Source of the DNA: Eledone cirrhosa
Taxonomy: Eukaryota
Assembly: GCA_964016885.1 (NCBI GenBank)
Contig: OZ024740.1
Span: 24,552,001 to 24,616,000 of the forward strand
Reading direction: 5' to 3'
DNA: 64,000 nt
Every line of letters begins with the position of its first letter. Positions within the stretch are counted from its first letter, which is position 1. Shown here one piece after another: positions 27,406 through 42,353 of this stretch. The notes under the pieces were generated by a model. It had not been told where the DNA came from, searched no databases, and worked only from the letters and a program-made list of their open reading frames with translations. The position numbers and the translations under genes are program-made.

Positions 27406-28645
27406 GTTCAAGAGTAACCAATCTTAAAGAGAGAGATGGAGATAGGAGAGGAGAAGAGAGATTGGTGAATTGGTTAGAAGCCAAATCGTAAAGGCATGTA
27501 CTCAATGTGCAATATTCTGTGGAAGGCAGCTAGGTGGCTGGGTTCATGCAGAGGTTAGGTGCACAGAGCTGGAAATATTCATTAGTTAAGAAAAACAAGA
27601 CCACAAATTTCACAAGGAAGACATTATTAAAAGATTGTCAACATAGCTTTAGTTTAATGTAAAGAATGTAAAGAATAATAATGATAATACTAATAATGTC
27701 CGTTTACAATTGTTTCGCTACTCCATATAATGTTCCTAGATCAAATGATTATAGATCATTATTGATCTGGTTCAGTTGAAGATAATTAACTGAGGTAAAA
27801 TTTGAGCAGCTCATCGGTAATTCAAAATAAATGTAAATTAAAGTAAAGAAAGAAGGTTACATGAATGTAATGTTCCATATATTGGTATTTCATTATGTTG
27901 TCCTGGGTATATCTTTTATCTGTCATAGGCGAGCAATATTCTTGTGTCGAGGCTGCATTATGTGAGATCTACCCATAGGCAGATCTCACATAATGCAGCC
28001 TCGACAGAATAATATTGCTCGCCTATGGCAGACAATAGATATACCCAGGACACCATAGTGAAATACCAATATATGGAACATTACATTCATGTAACCTTCT
28101 TTCTTTACTTTAATTTATATTTATTTTGAAGTTCCGACGAGCTGCTCAAATTTTACCTAAGTTAATTATCTTCAACTGAATCAGATCAATAATTGTTTCT
28201 AATTTAGGCACTAGGCCAGCAAATACCCAGTACATTACTGGTACTTTGTACTGGGTAATTACTGTCCTTGTGCCTAAAATAGAAACAATTATTTATCTGA
28301 TTCAGTAAATGGACATTATTAATATTATTATTATTATTAATGGGTGGTGGATTGGCAGTGTCGGTAGAGAGTCAGACACCATGCTTTCCAGCATAGTTAC
28401 GTTCCTTTACGATCTGAGTTCAAATCCCTCTGAGGTTGACTTTGCCTTTCATCCTTACAGGGTCGATAAAATAAAGTACCAGTAATGCACTGGGTAATTG
28501 CTGGCCTTGTGCCTAAAGTAGAAACAATTATTGTCATTATTATTCTTTACATTCCTTACATTAAACTAAAAGTATGTTGACAATCTTTTAATAATGTCTT
28601 CCTTGTGAAATTTGTGGTCTTGTCTTTCTTAACTAATGAATATAT
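27406..28645. mobile_element. About 1.07-kb palindromic PLE-derived element with tail, interrupted by SINE insertions
   Basis: Inner arms 27758-28192 centred near 27974; outer arms 27574-27677 and 28533-28643; tail 27406-27573 with TTGAGTAC (-); variant hammerhead on the minus strand. Confidence 0.85.
28341..28531 (+). mobile_element. Full-length SINE (Deu/Nin-like)
   Basis: A/B boxes, body and tail; inserted into the right arm of the palindrome. Confidence 0.92.
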
Positions 28646-28655
28646 ATATATATAT

Positions 28656-28695
<40 letters not shown>

Positions 28696-28804
28696 TATAT
28701 ATGTATATGTGTGTATATATATATATATAATTATATATATGTATATGCGTGTATATATATATATGTATATATACATATATGTATGTATATATGTATCTAA
28801 AAGT

Positions 28805-29636
28805 GTATCTGACACGTGTCGTCTCCTCTTTACTTTATGATTGTGAAACGTGGGTCACATACAGAAAGCACCTCAAGGAACTGGAGAGGTTTCACCAACA
28901 ATCTCTTCGTAAGATACTTTGAATGCGATTGAAAATGTTCGTCAGTGATTTCGAAGTTCTTGAACGGAACAGGTGCGGGACTATAGAGAGCATGATCTTT
29001 CGGCATCCGTAGAGGTGGTGCGGACACGTGGTCCGGATGTTGATGATCGGATCCCAAAGCAACTTCTCTACGGAGAACTGTGTGAAGGGAGTCGACCACC
29101 ACACAAACCAAAAATTCGGTACCGGGATTCTGTCAGGGGCACCTTGGTTTGTGCTAGAATTTCGTCTGACGAATGGGAGAAATGGCTGAGGAGCGTGTGA
29201 AGTGGAGACGTTTGATCATGTCAGGTAGTGAACACTTTGAAACTCGTCGAAGAGAACAGCTAACATTGAAATGGATTGTTAGAAAAAGAGTTTGTTCTGA
29301 ACTGCCTGCTGTTGAGCAGTATCTGGTTTGTCAGCACTGGGGTAAAGTCTCACTGAGCAAAGCTGGTTTGATTAGACACGAACAAAGTCAAATCCGTAGA
29401 CCTCATGTAGATTATGATCTGTAAAGGTATAAGAAATAAGGAACGTGCTAGCATGGGAGGTCTTAAAAAACTATAAGACCACACAGTCAGAACCAAGCAG
29501 TGGACAATCCCAGAGGAGCCTATAGCTGCCATGTCTGTGCCAGAGGGTGCAAGTATTTGGGTGGCTTAAAAGAGCCTCATTCGAGCGTCACATTTTGAGC
29601 ATTTTATCAAGTGATGGCAATGCTCGAACACGAGTA
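28805..29636 (+). mobile_element. Decayed RTE/BovB-like LINE 3' fragment
   Basis: LLY.CETW..RKHLKELERFHQQSLRKIL, WCGHVVRM, DRIPKQLLYGEL and C-terminal Zn-finger remnants; frameshifted. Confidence 0.85.
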
Positions 29637-29674
29637 TGCATGCATGTTTGTATATATATATATATATATATGAA

Positions 29675-30522
29675 TTAAAACATTAGAGTAAGAAGCCAGG
29701 AGTATCCATCATCAGTGATCTTTTGGACATCATAGGTATTTCTTCGTATTAAAGGTCAGATACCTCAGACCAGCGCGAGCAGTAACTAAATAAAGTTATT
29801 GGGATAAAAAGAATTGGGTGGAGAAAGAGAGACATGTAAACAAACAAGAATGGTGAAGCAACGTAAAGAGTGAAAAATGAGAAATCAAGTCAGTGATACA
29901 AATGAACATAAGATCTAGCTAATCATTGACGAGGAGACGAAAGACGCATCCAAGCCATGCGAAATATGAGCGAGAAAAGAATTTGACTCGGGTCAGACGG
30001 GAGGAAGTGAGAGAGGGTGAGTAGCAGAGAGTGAGGAAGAGGCTAGCCGAGAGAGGGTGACTAGTAGAGGGGGTGAATGAAAGTAAGAGGTACAAGTAGA
30101 GAGAAGGGGGAGAGAGAAAGAAGATAGCAGTAAGGGAATAGAAAAAGACGGGTCACAGCGAAGGGAAAAATATAGGGATGAAAAATAACGTGCTGCGTTG
30201 TTGCGGATGTGATACAAATGAATAAAAAAATACAGTAAGAAGCCAGGAGTATCCATCATCAGTGATCTTCTGGCCATCATAGGTATTTTTTCGCATTATA
30301 GATCAGATACCTCAGGCCAGCGCGAGCAATAATTAAATAAAGTTATTGGGATAAAAAGAAATGGGTGGAGAAAGAAAGACATGTAAATAAACAAGAATGG
30401 TGAAGCAACGTAAAGTGTGAAAAATGAGAAATCAAGTCAGTGATACAAATGAACATAAGATCTAGCGAATCATTGACGAGAAGACGATAGACGCCTCCAA
30501 GCCATGCGAAATATGAGTGATA
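29675..30522 (-). mobile_element. Non-coding repeat as a 1.5-mer partial tandem (547-bp period) carrying a K-turn hairpin
   Basis: 29688-29970 is repeated at 30235-30517; flanked by (TA)n; diverged relative at 49962-50478 (+). Confidence 0.75.
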
Positions 30523-30634
30523 GATATATATATATGCAAGAGATGTCAACATGAATGGACCTGTTATTTTTATCTAAAGACATTTTTCTCCAATTCCAAC
30601 CCGCCCGTCCCCTCAATCTATTTTATTTCTTATT

Positions 30635-30675
30635 CTTTCTTCTGATGAAGGACTAGCGTCCGAAACGTTAATACC
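30635..30675 (+). ncRNA. Minimal hammerhead-like motif in a pLTR-like fragment (about 30540-30760)
   Basis: CTGATGA-A-GGAC-TAGC-GTCC-GAAACGTTA with palindromic AACGTT; stem I pairing is weak. Confidence 0.65.
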
Positions 30676-30762
30676 CTCTTCCTGCTATATCAGGCGTTAA
30701 CCTAATATATACCTTCCATATACTGTACCGATTGTGTTGTTATTTCTGTTTACATTTTACAT

Positions 30763-30797
<35 letters not shown>

Positions 30798-30799
30798 TC

Positions 30800-31576
30800 A
30801 CGATAAATTAACGGAGCCATAGACTCTCGTTATTCCCTGTCAATAATGTGCTCAAAGTAAAAGGAATCCTGAGCTCTTTAAAATACAATATGTTGAAAAG
30901 GTAACACACTAAAGAGAGATAGTGTGCCATCAATAAAACAGGTAAAAACCACCAGTGTATGGAATCTAATATCTATGGAAGGCAGGGTAGACACACAATA
31001 ATTAAAAATATGAATTAAAATGTATATACATACCTCTATAACTATATAACACACGTGTACATATCCAAAGAGATCTGTTTCGTCAGGAAATTGTTGACTG
31101 AAATGGAATACCCTATGGGTCCCTTAATTTATCGTGATATTTCGCTCCTTGTAACAGTCTCTCTCTGTTTGGTTGAGCACACTTCTTTGAGTGGTTTTGG
31201 GGCTGCCCTTTCTAGCAGCTCGTCCCTCAGATACCACTGGTTCACTGCCCTAAACACGCTGTGACATCTCTCTGCCGCGTGTAGCTGACGGTCGCTTTAG
31301 ATTCTCTTAGAGTTGTCTGGAATGTATAGTCTTGCGCTGATGAACCATAGGCTATTCCATTTCAGTCAACAACTTCCTGACGAAACAGATCTCTTTGGAT
31401 TTGTACGCGTCGCGTGTTATATAGTTTTACAGGTTTGTATATACATTTTAATTTATATTTTTAATTATTGTGTGTCTACCCTGCCTTCCATAGATTATAG
31501 ACTCCATACACTGGTGGTTTTTCCCTGTTTTATTGATGGCACATTATCTCTCTCTAGTGTGTTACCTTTTCAACAT

Positions 31577-31583
<7 letters not shown>
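30800..31583. mobile_element. Fold-back element with about 240-bp arms, a 220-bp spacer and a tail
   Basis: Arms 30884-31120 and 31342-31583; tail 30800-30883 with TTGAGCAC (-); degenerate hammerhead-like CTGATGA..TGACGAAACAGATCT. Confidence 0.8.
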
Positions 31584-31623
<40 letters not shown>

Positions 31624-32304
31624 ACATATATATATGTATATACATATATGTATGCATGCATGTATGTATATATGAATGTATTATTTTGGGTGCTAACGAA
31701 TTAGAAGAGCAGTCAACACATAATATGTATGTTGGCAATATAGTTACATATACATATATAGAAGCACTTATGACGTTTGATAATTTTATTAAGCACGAAT
31801 CTCTGGGCCTTGTTATAGCTTAACGGATATATCTATTCATTGGGAAGTAGAGACATTGTTTCAAGACAAACAGACAAATTTCTGTCTCTTATTATATAGA
31901 ATATTTATAACTTTAATATACATAATATCACGAATATGTAATTATCAACGTATTTAATTAATTAAACTTAATTAATAACACTACTTAATTACAAATTTAC
32001 TCAGTCTCAACAAGAAAGAATCTTCTATAATTAAGAAATACAGCTTCATACAGCTTGTCTTTAATTCTTGGAGCAAGATTCATAATATTGATACAGTGAA
32101 GAGTGCTACAGCAATTACGCAATTCAAACTGATGCAAAGATCAATCTTTTGGTGTTGCATTAAAGATAAGGATGCACTTTACAAAGTTAATCATATCATT
32201 CAGAGATTAGTCCATTAAGGAGCATATGGGGCCTAGATTGATATTACCTCATGTGCTGTTGTTTTTTTAAAAAGGGAAATATCCCTTTCCAAATGCTTCG
32301 CATT

Positions 32305-32467
32305 ATGGATTGGCACTATCGGTAGGGTCGGATGCCATGCTTTCCTGCATAGTCACTTTAGAGTCTGAGTTCAAATCCCGCCGAGGTTAACTTTGCCTTT
32401 CATCCTTACGAGATCAATAATGTACTGGGTAATTGCTGGCCTTGTGCTAAAGGTAGAAAAAATTATT
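32305..32467 (+). mobile_element. SINE copy with internal deletions
   Basis: A/B boxes and tail of the family. Confidence 0.85.
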
Positions 32468-33027
32468 GCTATTTCATCCTCACGGGGTCAATAAATGCAC
32501 ATACAATGGTACTTATACCTTCTTCTTTTATTTCTTCTCCGTCCACTTATTCCTGAAAGGGCCGAGTGGATAGAGTCCTCAAACACTTCTTTGAGGTGGA
32601 TAACATAAAGTGCCAGTAATACACTGGAATAATTGCTGGCCTTGTGCTAAAAGTAGAAACTATTATTGCTTCTTCTAGCAGAACCAGCTACTGTCTCGAT
32701 GGCTCAAGCCTATCTCTTTCTGACATGTTTAGAAGATAAATAACATAGTTTCCTCAATAACTAGGAATAACATTGTTTTGCATATACAGGCGTAGTTACC
32801 ATTTCATGTGCTGGGCAGATTTTATGGGCAGAATTGGTGGATACATTTCACGGCAGAAAACCCAGTTTCTTCTGTCATAACCCACTAAAATGAGTGTTTG
32901 AGGACTCTTCCTCCTCGACCCTTTCAGGAATAAGTGAGTGGAGAAAAAGTAAAAGAAGGGGTAGGAACCATTGTATGTGCAATAAAAAAAACCCGGATGT
33001 ATTCATCTCATATTATGTGTGTGTATT

Positions 33028-33216
33028 GGGCGGTGGATTGGCAGTATCGGTAGAGAGTCGGACGCCATGCTTTGAAGCATAGAGTTACGTCCCTTTATGA
33101 TCTGAGTTCAAATCCCGCCGAGGTTAACTTTGCCTTTCATCCTTACGGGGTCGATAAAATAAAGTACCAGTAATGTACTGGTTAATTGCTGGCCTTGTAC
33201 CAAAAGTAGAAACAAT
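33028..33216 (+). mobile_element. Full-length SINE with 16-bp TSD
   Basis: TSD ATTATGTGTGTGTATT at 33012-33027 and 33215-33230. Confidence 0.95.
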
Positions 33217-33253
33217 TATGTGTGTGTATTTACTTCTTAACACGCTTCTAATT

Positions 33254-33441
33254 ATTGTTTCTATTTTTGCACAAGGCCAGCAATTACCCAGTGCATTACT
33301 GGTACTTTATTTTATCGACCCCGTAAGGATGAAAGGCAAAGTTAACCTCGGCGGGTTTTGAACTCAGAATGGCAAGGACCGTAACTCTATGCGTCAAAGC
33401 AAGGTGTCCGACCCTCTACCGATACTGCCAATCCACCGCCT
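33254..33441 (-). mobile_element. Full-length SINE with 16-bp TSD
   Basis: TSD ACACGCTTCTAATTAT at 33240-33255 and 33443-33458. Confidence 0.95.
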
Positions 33442-33629
33442 TACACGCTTCTAATTATGTAGATAAGTTATATCTATGCGATTCTTCCAATAGAGATTTC
33501 TACAACTATGTGTATGAGATGAAAATATGTTTCAATGTATTGTTAAATGTATATTATATATTGCATATAGGTGTGTTCGTTTCATGGGTGGTATGTTTTA
33601 TATGAGATTGTATATCTATCTATCTATCT

Positions 33630-36600
33630 CGGAGAAGATAGACGTGTTTTTGTTTCGCTCTTGCATTTTGTCGGAATTTATTACGAGAAGCGGTAGGTTT
33701 GTTTAAGTAACTTGTTATTTGTTGTGTTTAACTCCTCGCCTAGGCCTGCAGACGTTGGGTAAAATAAATTTCGCCCATTTTGGGGGCGAAATTTGATAGT
33801 TATAAGTTGTCGATAAAAAGTCGTTTAGTGACAATGGACGCCATTAATACGACGCATGTCACCCCCCCCCCCCGGAAAGTGATAGAGAGAAGGTAGCAGC
33901 ACAACGCTGTAAGCCTACCCTCCCCACTCCTGCAAAAGACACCACTGAATCAAAAGAAAAAATTGTGGAAATGGGTGAAAACCCCAAATGTAACAATTAC
34001 ACAAACAAGAACAACAATGACAATAACAACAAAACCAACAACAGCAACAATGACAATAACAACACAACCAACAACAGCAATACTGACAACACCAACAAAG
34101 GAACAAAGCAAGCCAACACGAATAACAACAACAACAACAATGATAACAACACGAAAGAAAACGGACCCACAGCTGCACTCTCCTTCGCACAGGCGGTCCG
34201 AGAAACGCAGACATACAAGGCACTGGACATCTCGAAAGAAATTACCTCCCCCGAAGAAATTAGAAGGGACACAGTCCTCAGGACTGTAATCTTTAGGACA
34301 GTTTCGAACACGACTACGAAACCGGCTCAATTGTCCAAAGCGAAATTGAGCTGGTCCTAAGTAGTGCCTGGAAGGATATCGCTTTCATACAGAAAGGGAA
34401 ACTGTATGGAAGCATATCTGTTTTAATGCAAGATGAATTGGCGGTACGGAAATGTTCTGTGTCGCCAATTGTATCCAAAGCTTACACCTTTTCCCCCACA
34501 TATTTGGGGAAAAGAACTCAAAAGATAAGAATCTCGGGCATCAGGCCAAATGCGAGGATTTGGTGGGTGCTAACGGGATTATTAGAAGATGAGGACACAA
34601 TCCTTTCGATAGGCGAATCCACCGGGGGCGTATTCGGGGGCAATAGCCTTGAAGTTCTGGTCCAAATGAGACCAGAACGGATAGCAAGAATACCGCAGCG
34701 TGTGTCCCTGGATGGAGTCGCCTTCATAAACATTTCTGTTGAGGGCAGGCGGCCTTCATGCTACCACTGTTCAAGAAGTGGTCACCTGAGGGCTTCTTGT
34801 CCCTTTTTAACCCCCCCCCCCCTAAAAAAAAATAAGACGCTTCTACCCACCCCACACACAACAACACAACCACCAGAACCACCACCACCACCACAACAAC
34901 AATCACAACAACACGAAAAAATAACAACACAAGACACTGTCCCACCCAACCCCTCGCCACCTAAAACAAATACAAAAGCAACCACAACAAAACCCAAAAT
35001 ATACCCCTCCCCAACAACACGGATGAGGACCCCTTATCAACGTCACCCAGTGACGACGAGGGAGAGACACTTTCAACCGGTAAAAGGAAAGAAAAGAAGG
35101 CACCACATTAACAAAAATGCAACAAACACACAACCACCAACACAAACAGAACAAACATCATAAACAAAAAAATCCAGCCCTCCCGAAAACATAACACATA
35201 CTACAAAACGCAAACACACACAAGAACAACAAACAAAAACAAACACAACACAACAAAAACAGTAAACATACATCAACACAAACAAAAAAATACTTGTGCA
35301 AATAATAGACAAAGACCCTTCGGTGGAAACCGAAGGGAAAATGTTAACCAACGCGGCGACTAAACCGCATTTAAAAATGATTAGGGTCCCAAGAGACACC
35401 TACGCAATGCTCAAACAGAACTTTCCCGAGGACGTGGGGAACCCCTGTACTAGACCTAGCAACCGCGTCTTCTTGAAATGTTTTCCCACCACCACCACCC
35501 CAGACACTCCTCCCCCACCAACCACCCCCACCCCACCACACACTGATGTACCCACCACAGCTGAAACCCCAAAAACCCACCGACACTCCCATGGAAATTG
35601 TGCAGCCTGGTCCCCAGGAGAAGGACAGGTAGGTGTATTTTCCTTTTTCTCCACTCTAAACTTTTCACCACCAACATGGCTGTTATAAGAGTTGGATGTT
35701 TAAATGTGCGCGACCTGGGGATGTCCTGGAAGCAGGGAAAACTCTTAAATGACCTCAGGTCGCACAGAATGGATGTAATAGCTATTTGCGAGTCCAGGAT
35801 TAGCAGCCTGCACCAACTGGCCCCCATCTTCGACGACTTTGAGATCTATGCATCTCTCTGTCAGCCGGGAGTGGGGGCGGGATGGCTTTCTGCTGCAAAA
35901 ACACCTGGGCCTTGCAACACGGAAGGTACACCTGGTCCCGGAGGGTAGACTGGTGGTCTAGACGTAGGCAGTAGGGAAGGTGGAGCCTTCAGGCTGGTGG
36001 CAGCGTATGCCCCATCTGGGACACCGCGACTGGACTTCTTCCAACGCCTATTGACCTTTCTGGGAACGTCTCGCTCCTTGATTTTAGTGGGGACCTGGAA
36101 TAGTATCCTGGGTGCACGTTGGGACTATCTAGGGGCACGTACCGTCAGAGGGGGAGTGTAACAGCCTCAAACGGTTAATCGGCCGATTTGATCTGGCCGA
36201 TAGATATCGACTAGATTTTCCGACTGTGCCACTGTGGACGTGAAATAATCGCAGCGGAACATCTAGGTCGTAACTAGATAGTTTCCTAGTTAGAAATAAG
36301 GATAGGGACATATTAAGCTGTCCACGAATGTTCATGGTTGACTATTCGGATCAAAAGTTGGTGACCGGAGTGGTCAACCTTGATAGAATCCATAGACAAG
36401 GACCCGGTTACTGGTAGCTAAACTTGTCCTTACCGACAAACAAAGCTTACAGTAAGCGGATTAGCACTGTAGTTAAGCAGCGGTTGACGGGGGCAATTGT
36501 CAACAGCAGGTGGTGGGGCTCTCTCAAGAGAGAAATTAGAATTGAATCGATAGGTTTAGTCAGGAATTAGCACGATGAAGTGACAGTAATGGTGTTGTGC

Positions 36601-37725
36601 GCCTCGGAAATCGGGCAGATCGGCACCTTACTGGAGGAATACGAAAGGTTTACAGGAGCCAAGCTGAACCGGGACAAGTCCGTCGGTTTGCAACTCGGAA
36701 CGTGGACAGGCGAGGCTTTTCGAGACTCGTCTCACTCACCAAGCTGCAACCCTGGGTCAAGCAAAGACCAAGAAAACTGGGCGACTGGCACAGTGAATGT
36801 GCCCAGGCGCTCACGGCCCTCTGGCAAGCGGTCCGGCAATCAGTGGAGACTCAATCTCAACATTCTATAAAGGGTTGGTGAGCAGCAAGTGCGACGATGC
36901 TCTCGGAGAGGCTCTGGGCCTAGAGGAAGACGAGCTAGCCAGTCTGTTCGGTAGGACGTTTGGTCCGGGAGCGATGGACAACTTCCAAAATTCCCTAGCT
37001 TGGCAGTGCTACCGAGGAGCTCTACCCGTTTGGGACAAGCTCTACAGACACGGGCGCCCGGGTAGGGACCAAGATGCGTGCGTGACGAGGAAACCGTCGC
37101 GCACGCATTCAAACACTGCCCGGGCGTTGCTGACCTGTGGGGCTATGTGGAACGACTACTGTCGCGGGTGGGACCAATCCGGTTGACCACCGAGTACATT
37201 GTCACGGTCAAACCGCCTCCCCCCTTCAAAAACGAGGAGAGGCGGTTTTCCTCTGTGTGATAGCTATGGCGAAAAAGGTTGTATGGTGGACGAGGTTGAA
37301 AGGGCTGAGGTGAGACACTTTTCTCTCCGGCCAACAACTGGTCCTTATTTTCAGGTACCATTTTAGAAGAAGGATCAGAATGGAGAGAGAGGTGCTCTAC
37401 CCCAGCAAGTTTTATGAAAGGTGGGTGAAAGTGGCGAGAATGGCCCGAGTGAATGGGCCTTCTCTCTATATCAGCCTGTAGGTGAGAGAGGAGAAGAAGG
37501 AGGAGAGGACGGGAGCACCCGCTCTTTGTTCTCCTGGGAAGGAGGGTTGCACATTTTTTTCGGGGGTGTGTGTGACCAACGTCAACGCCCCCTCCCTATT
37601 GAGGACTTCGATTGTTGAATTAAATTTGTTATATGTCTTTACACGTCCTTTGAAATGTATTTAACCCCCCCCCTCCCTTGTATCTATCCCAAATTTTGAT
37701 GCCCTGGTGGCAAATAAATATAAAG
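33630..37725 (+). mobile_element. Tx1/L1-clade LINE, both ends present, internally deleted and decayed
   Basis: ORF1 with CCHC knuckle CYHCSRSGHLRASC; ORF2 starts at 35676 (MAVIRVGCLNVR, APE); most of RT deleted near 36570; C-terminal EETVAHAF.HC; 3' UTR ends AATAAATATAAAG; homologous to 59240-64000. Confidence 0.9.
34426..35163 (+). pseudogene. ORF1 fragment of the Tx1-like LINE (zinc knuckle)
   Basis: CX2CX4HX4C knuckle; flanking ORF1 pieces separated by stops and frameshifts. Confidence 0.85.
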
Positions 37726-37981
37726 TTATCTTTCCATTTAGTTAGATGGGTAGGTAGGGTGAGCCTTCTTGTTCCTTCCCACAACCTTTCCACGTTTCTT
37801 TGACTTTTTTATACATATATATATATATATTCCTATACTAACACACATGCACACAGACACACGCATAAACACACACAAACACGCACATACGCACACACAT
37901 ATAAATATATGTGTATGTGTGTGTGTTTATATATATATATATACATACATATATGTAGGAATTGAGAAAGAAAGAGAGAGA

Positions 37982-38023
<42 letters not shown>

Positions 38024-38440
38024 GCGAGAGAGAAAGAGAAAGAGAGTGAGAGAGAAGGCCTAGAGCAAAATAAAGATATAAAAATGTTAGAATCTCGTAT
38101 TTATTTTAAAATAAACTTATGACATACTTAAACTTTCTAATTCCTATTTTATTTTCCCATACATATATGTATGTGTTGGTTCCGCTCAATGCGGAAGCAT
38201 ATATTTGCGTATATGCATTAATTAAAATGCACGGGGCACCTTGTTTTAGATTGTAAATGTTAGTGAAAGCAATCTGTGGACTACCACCATGGGGTTTGGT
38301 TATAAATCTGAGGAATACGATATAAACCATTATTCAAAGTATATTCCAAAACGTCTCCTTACCACATACCTAAAATAATCGGTTCAGGTGCCACTTCCTG
38401 TAGCTTTTAATTGATTTATTTCATTCGTGTAGTTTAGACA

Positions 38441-38498
38441 TTCTTCTTCTTCTTCTTCTTCTTCTTCTTCTTCTTCTTCTTCTTCTTCTTCTTCTTCT
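38441..38498. repeat. (TTC)n microsatellite
   Basis: Direct reading. Confidence 0.97.
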
Positions 38499-38747
38499 AC
38501 GTGCTGTCGTCGGCGTAGTTGTTTTAAATACAACTTATATTTAAAACTTCAACATTTTTATGAATTTAATACTAAGTTCCCCCCTACAAATTTTATGCTT
38601 TTTTATTTTTCAATTTATTTCTCATTTTTCAATTTATGTTTTGCTTTTGTTGTTTTTGTACAAGTATATCTTTTCTAATTTCTTTTAAACCCCCACACTT
38701 CGCTCTCTGTACACACACACACACACACACACCCACCCACATACGCA

Positions 38748-38810
<63 letters not shown>

Positions 38811-38947
38811 GTATATATATTTATATATATATCGATATATTATATATTGTGAGATTTATATATATTCCCTTCACCTTTCAAGTGAAGACGGCCAAATTAA
38901 CAACTGCCGAACTGAAAGCTATTAAATTAATTCTATAGGAATAAATT

Positions 38948-39015
<68 letters not shown>

Positions 39016-39075
39016 GTGTTGTATATATGTGTTTGTGTGTGTTTGGGTGTGTGTATATACAAATAAATAAATAAG

Positions 39076-39136
<61 letters not shown>

Positions 39137-39361
39137 GTATATATATATATATATATATATTTATGTATATATATATATATATGAAGTAAGAAAGACAGGG
39201 GAATACTGTATAGGGATATAGAGATAGAAAAGTTACATCGCATATATACAGATAACCATTAACAGATACTCTTCTCCAGCGAACCCAAACGCAGATATAC
39301 AAGCACATATATAATATACACGCGCGTGTCTGCCCATATATTCGATGACATACATGCATAC

Positions 39362-39412
<51 letters not shown>

Positions 39413-39584
39413 CATATACAGATATATATATATACATATATATATATAAAACACATACAGATATATATATATATATATATATATAAATACACATACATAT
39501 ATATATATAGAGATTTATAAATGTATAATTATATATATATATAAATGTATATATATATATATATATACATTTATATACATATAC

Positions 39585-39631
<47 letters not shown>

Positions 39632-39636
39632 TATAT

Positions 39637-39667
<31 letters not shown>

Positions 39668-39684
39668 CCCATACACACATACAT

Positions 39685-39722
<38 letters not shown>

Positions 39723-40060
39723 ATATTTGTAGATATCTTGAATGGATCTGCCATGTCAGACATGATGGAAATAGAAGTAAAAAAACATCAAATAAACTCC
39801 AATAGCAGAAACAAAACAGCGAAGATTGTATTTAAGACATTCCAACAGAGAGTGAAATATTAAATTCGTTATTTGTGTATTTATTATATTTTTAGTTGTT
39901 ATTGTTGTTGTTGCATTAAATTATTGTTGTTGTTGTTGTTGTTATGTTTCTTTTGCTAATATTTCCTGTCTTGTTCGTGATTTCAACGTATTTTCATTAC
40001 CTGTCTTCTTTTTCACGCAGTGCTGATTTAAATATATATATATATGTGTGTGTGTGTGAG

Positions 40061-40118
<58 letters not shown>

Positions 40119-40122
40119 GTAT

Positions 40123-40279
40123 ATAAGGGAGGGGATTAGGAGTGTGTAACACCCCACTTATCCAATAGGCAGTATAAGGTTAGCTCGATGTCTGAGGACA
40201 GAGCCGTAATATAATTAACAACAAAGAACGCTTAGTAAAGATATACCTATGCTCTAAGCGTTCTTTGTTGTTAATTATA
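40123..40279 (-). mobile_element. Short fold-back element with tail
   Basis: 26-bp perfect arms TATAATTAACAACAAAGAACGCTTAG / CTAAGCGTTCTTTGTTGTTAATTATA; tail has CATCGAGCTAAC (-), resembling CATTGAGCTAC at 48575. Confidence 0.7.
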
Positions 40280-42257
<1,978 letters not shown>

Positions 42258-42353
42258 AACTTTGAATAACTTTGAATAACTTAGAAATGTTTTGGCCAGT
42301 ATTGGCCCAGGCCATGTCTAACCTAATAGCACCACCTGGCGAAGTCTTTCAAT

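Noticed and set aside
33028-33125. tRNA gene (A and B boxes)
   Set aside because: SINE head: the box spacing is extended, no cloverleaf is evident, and it is followed by SINE body and TSD.
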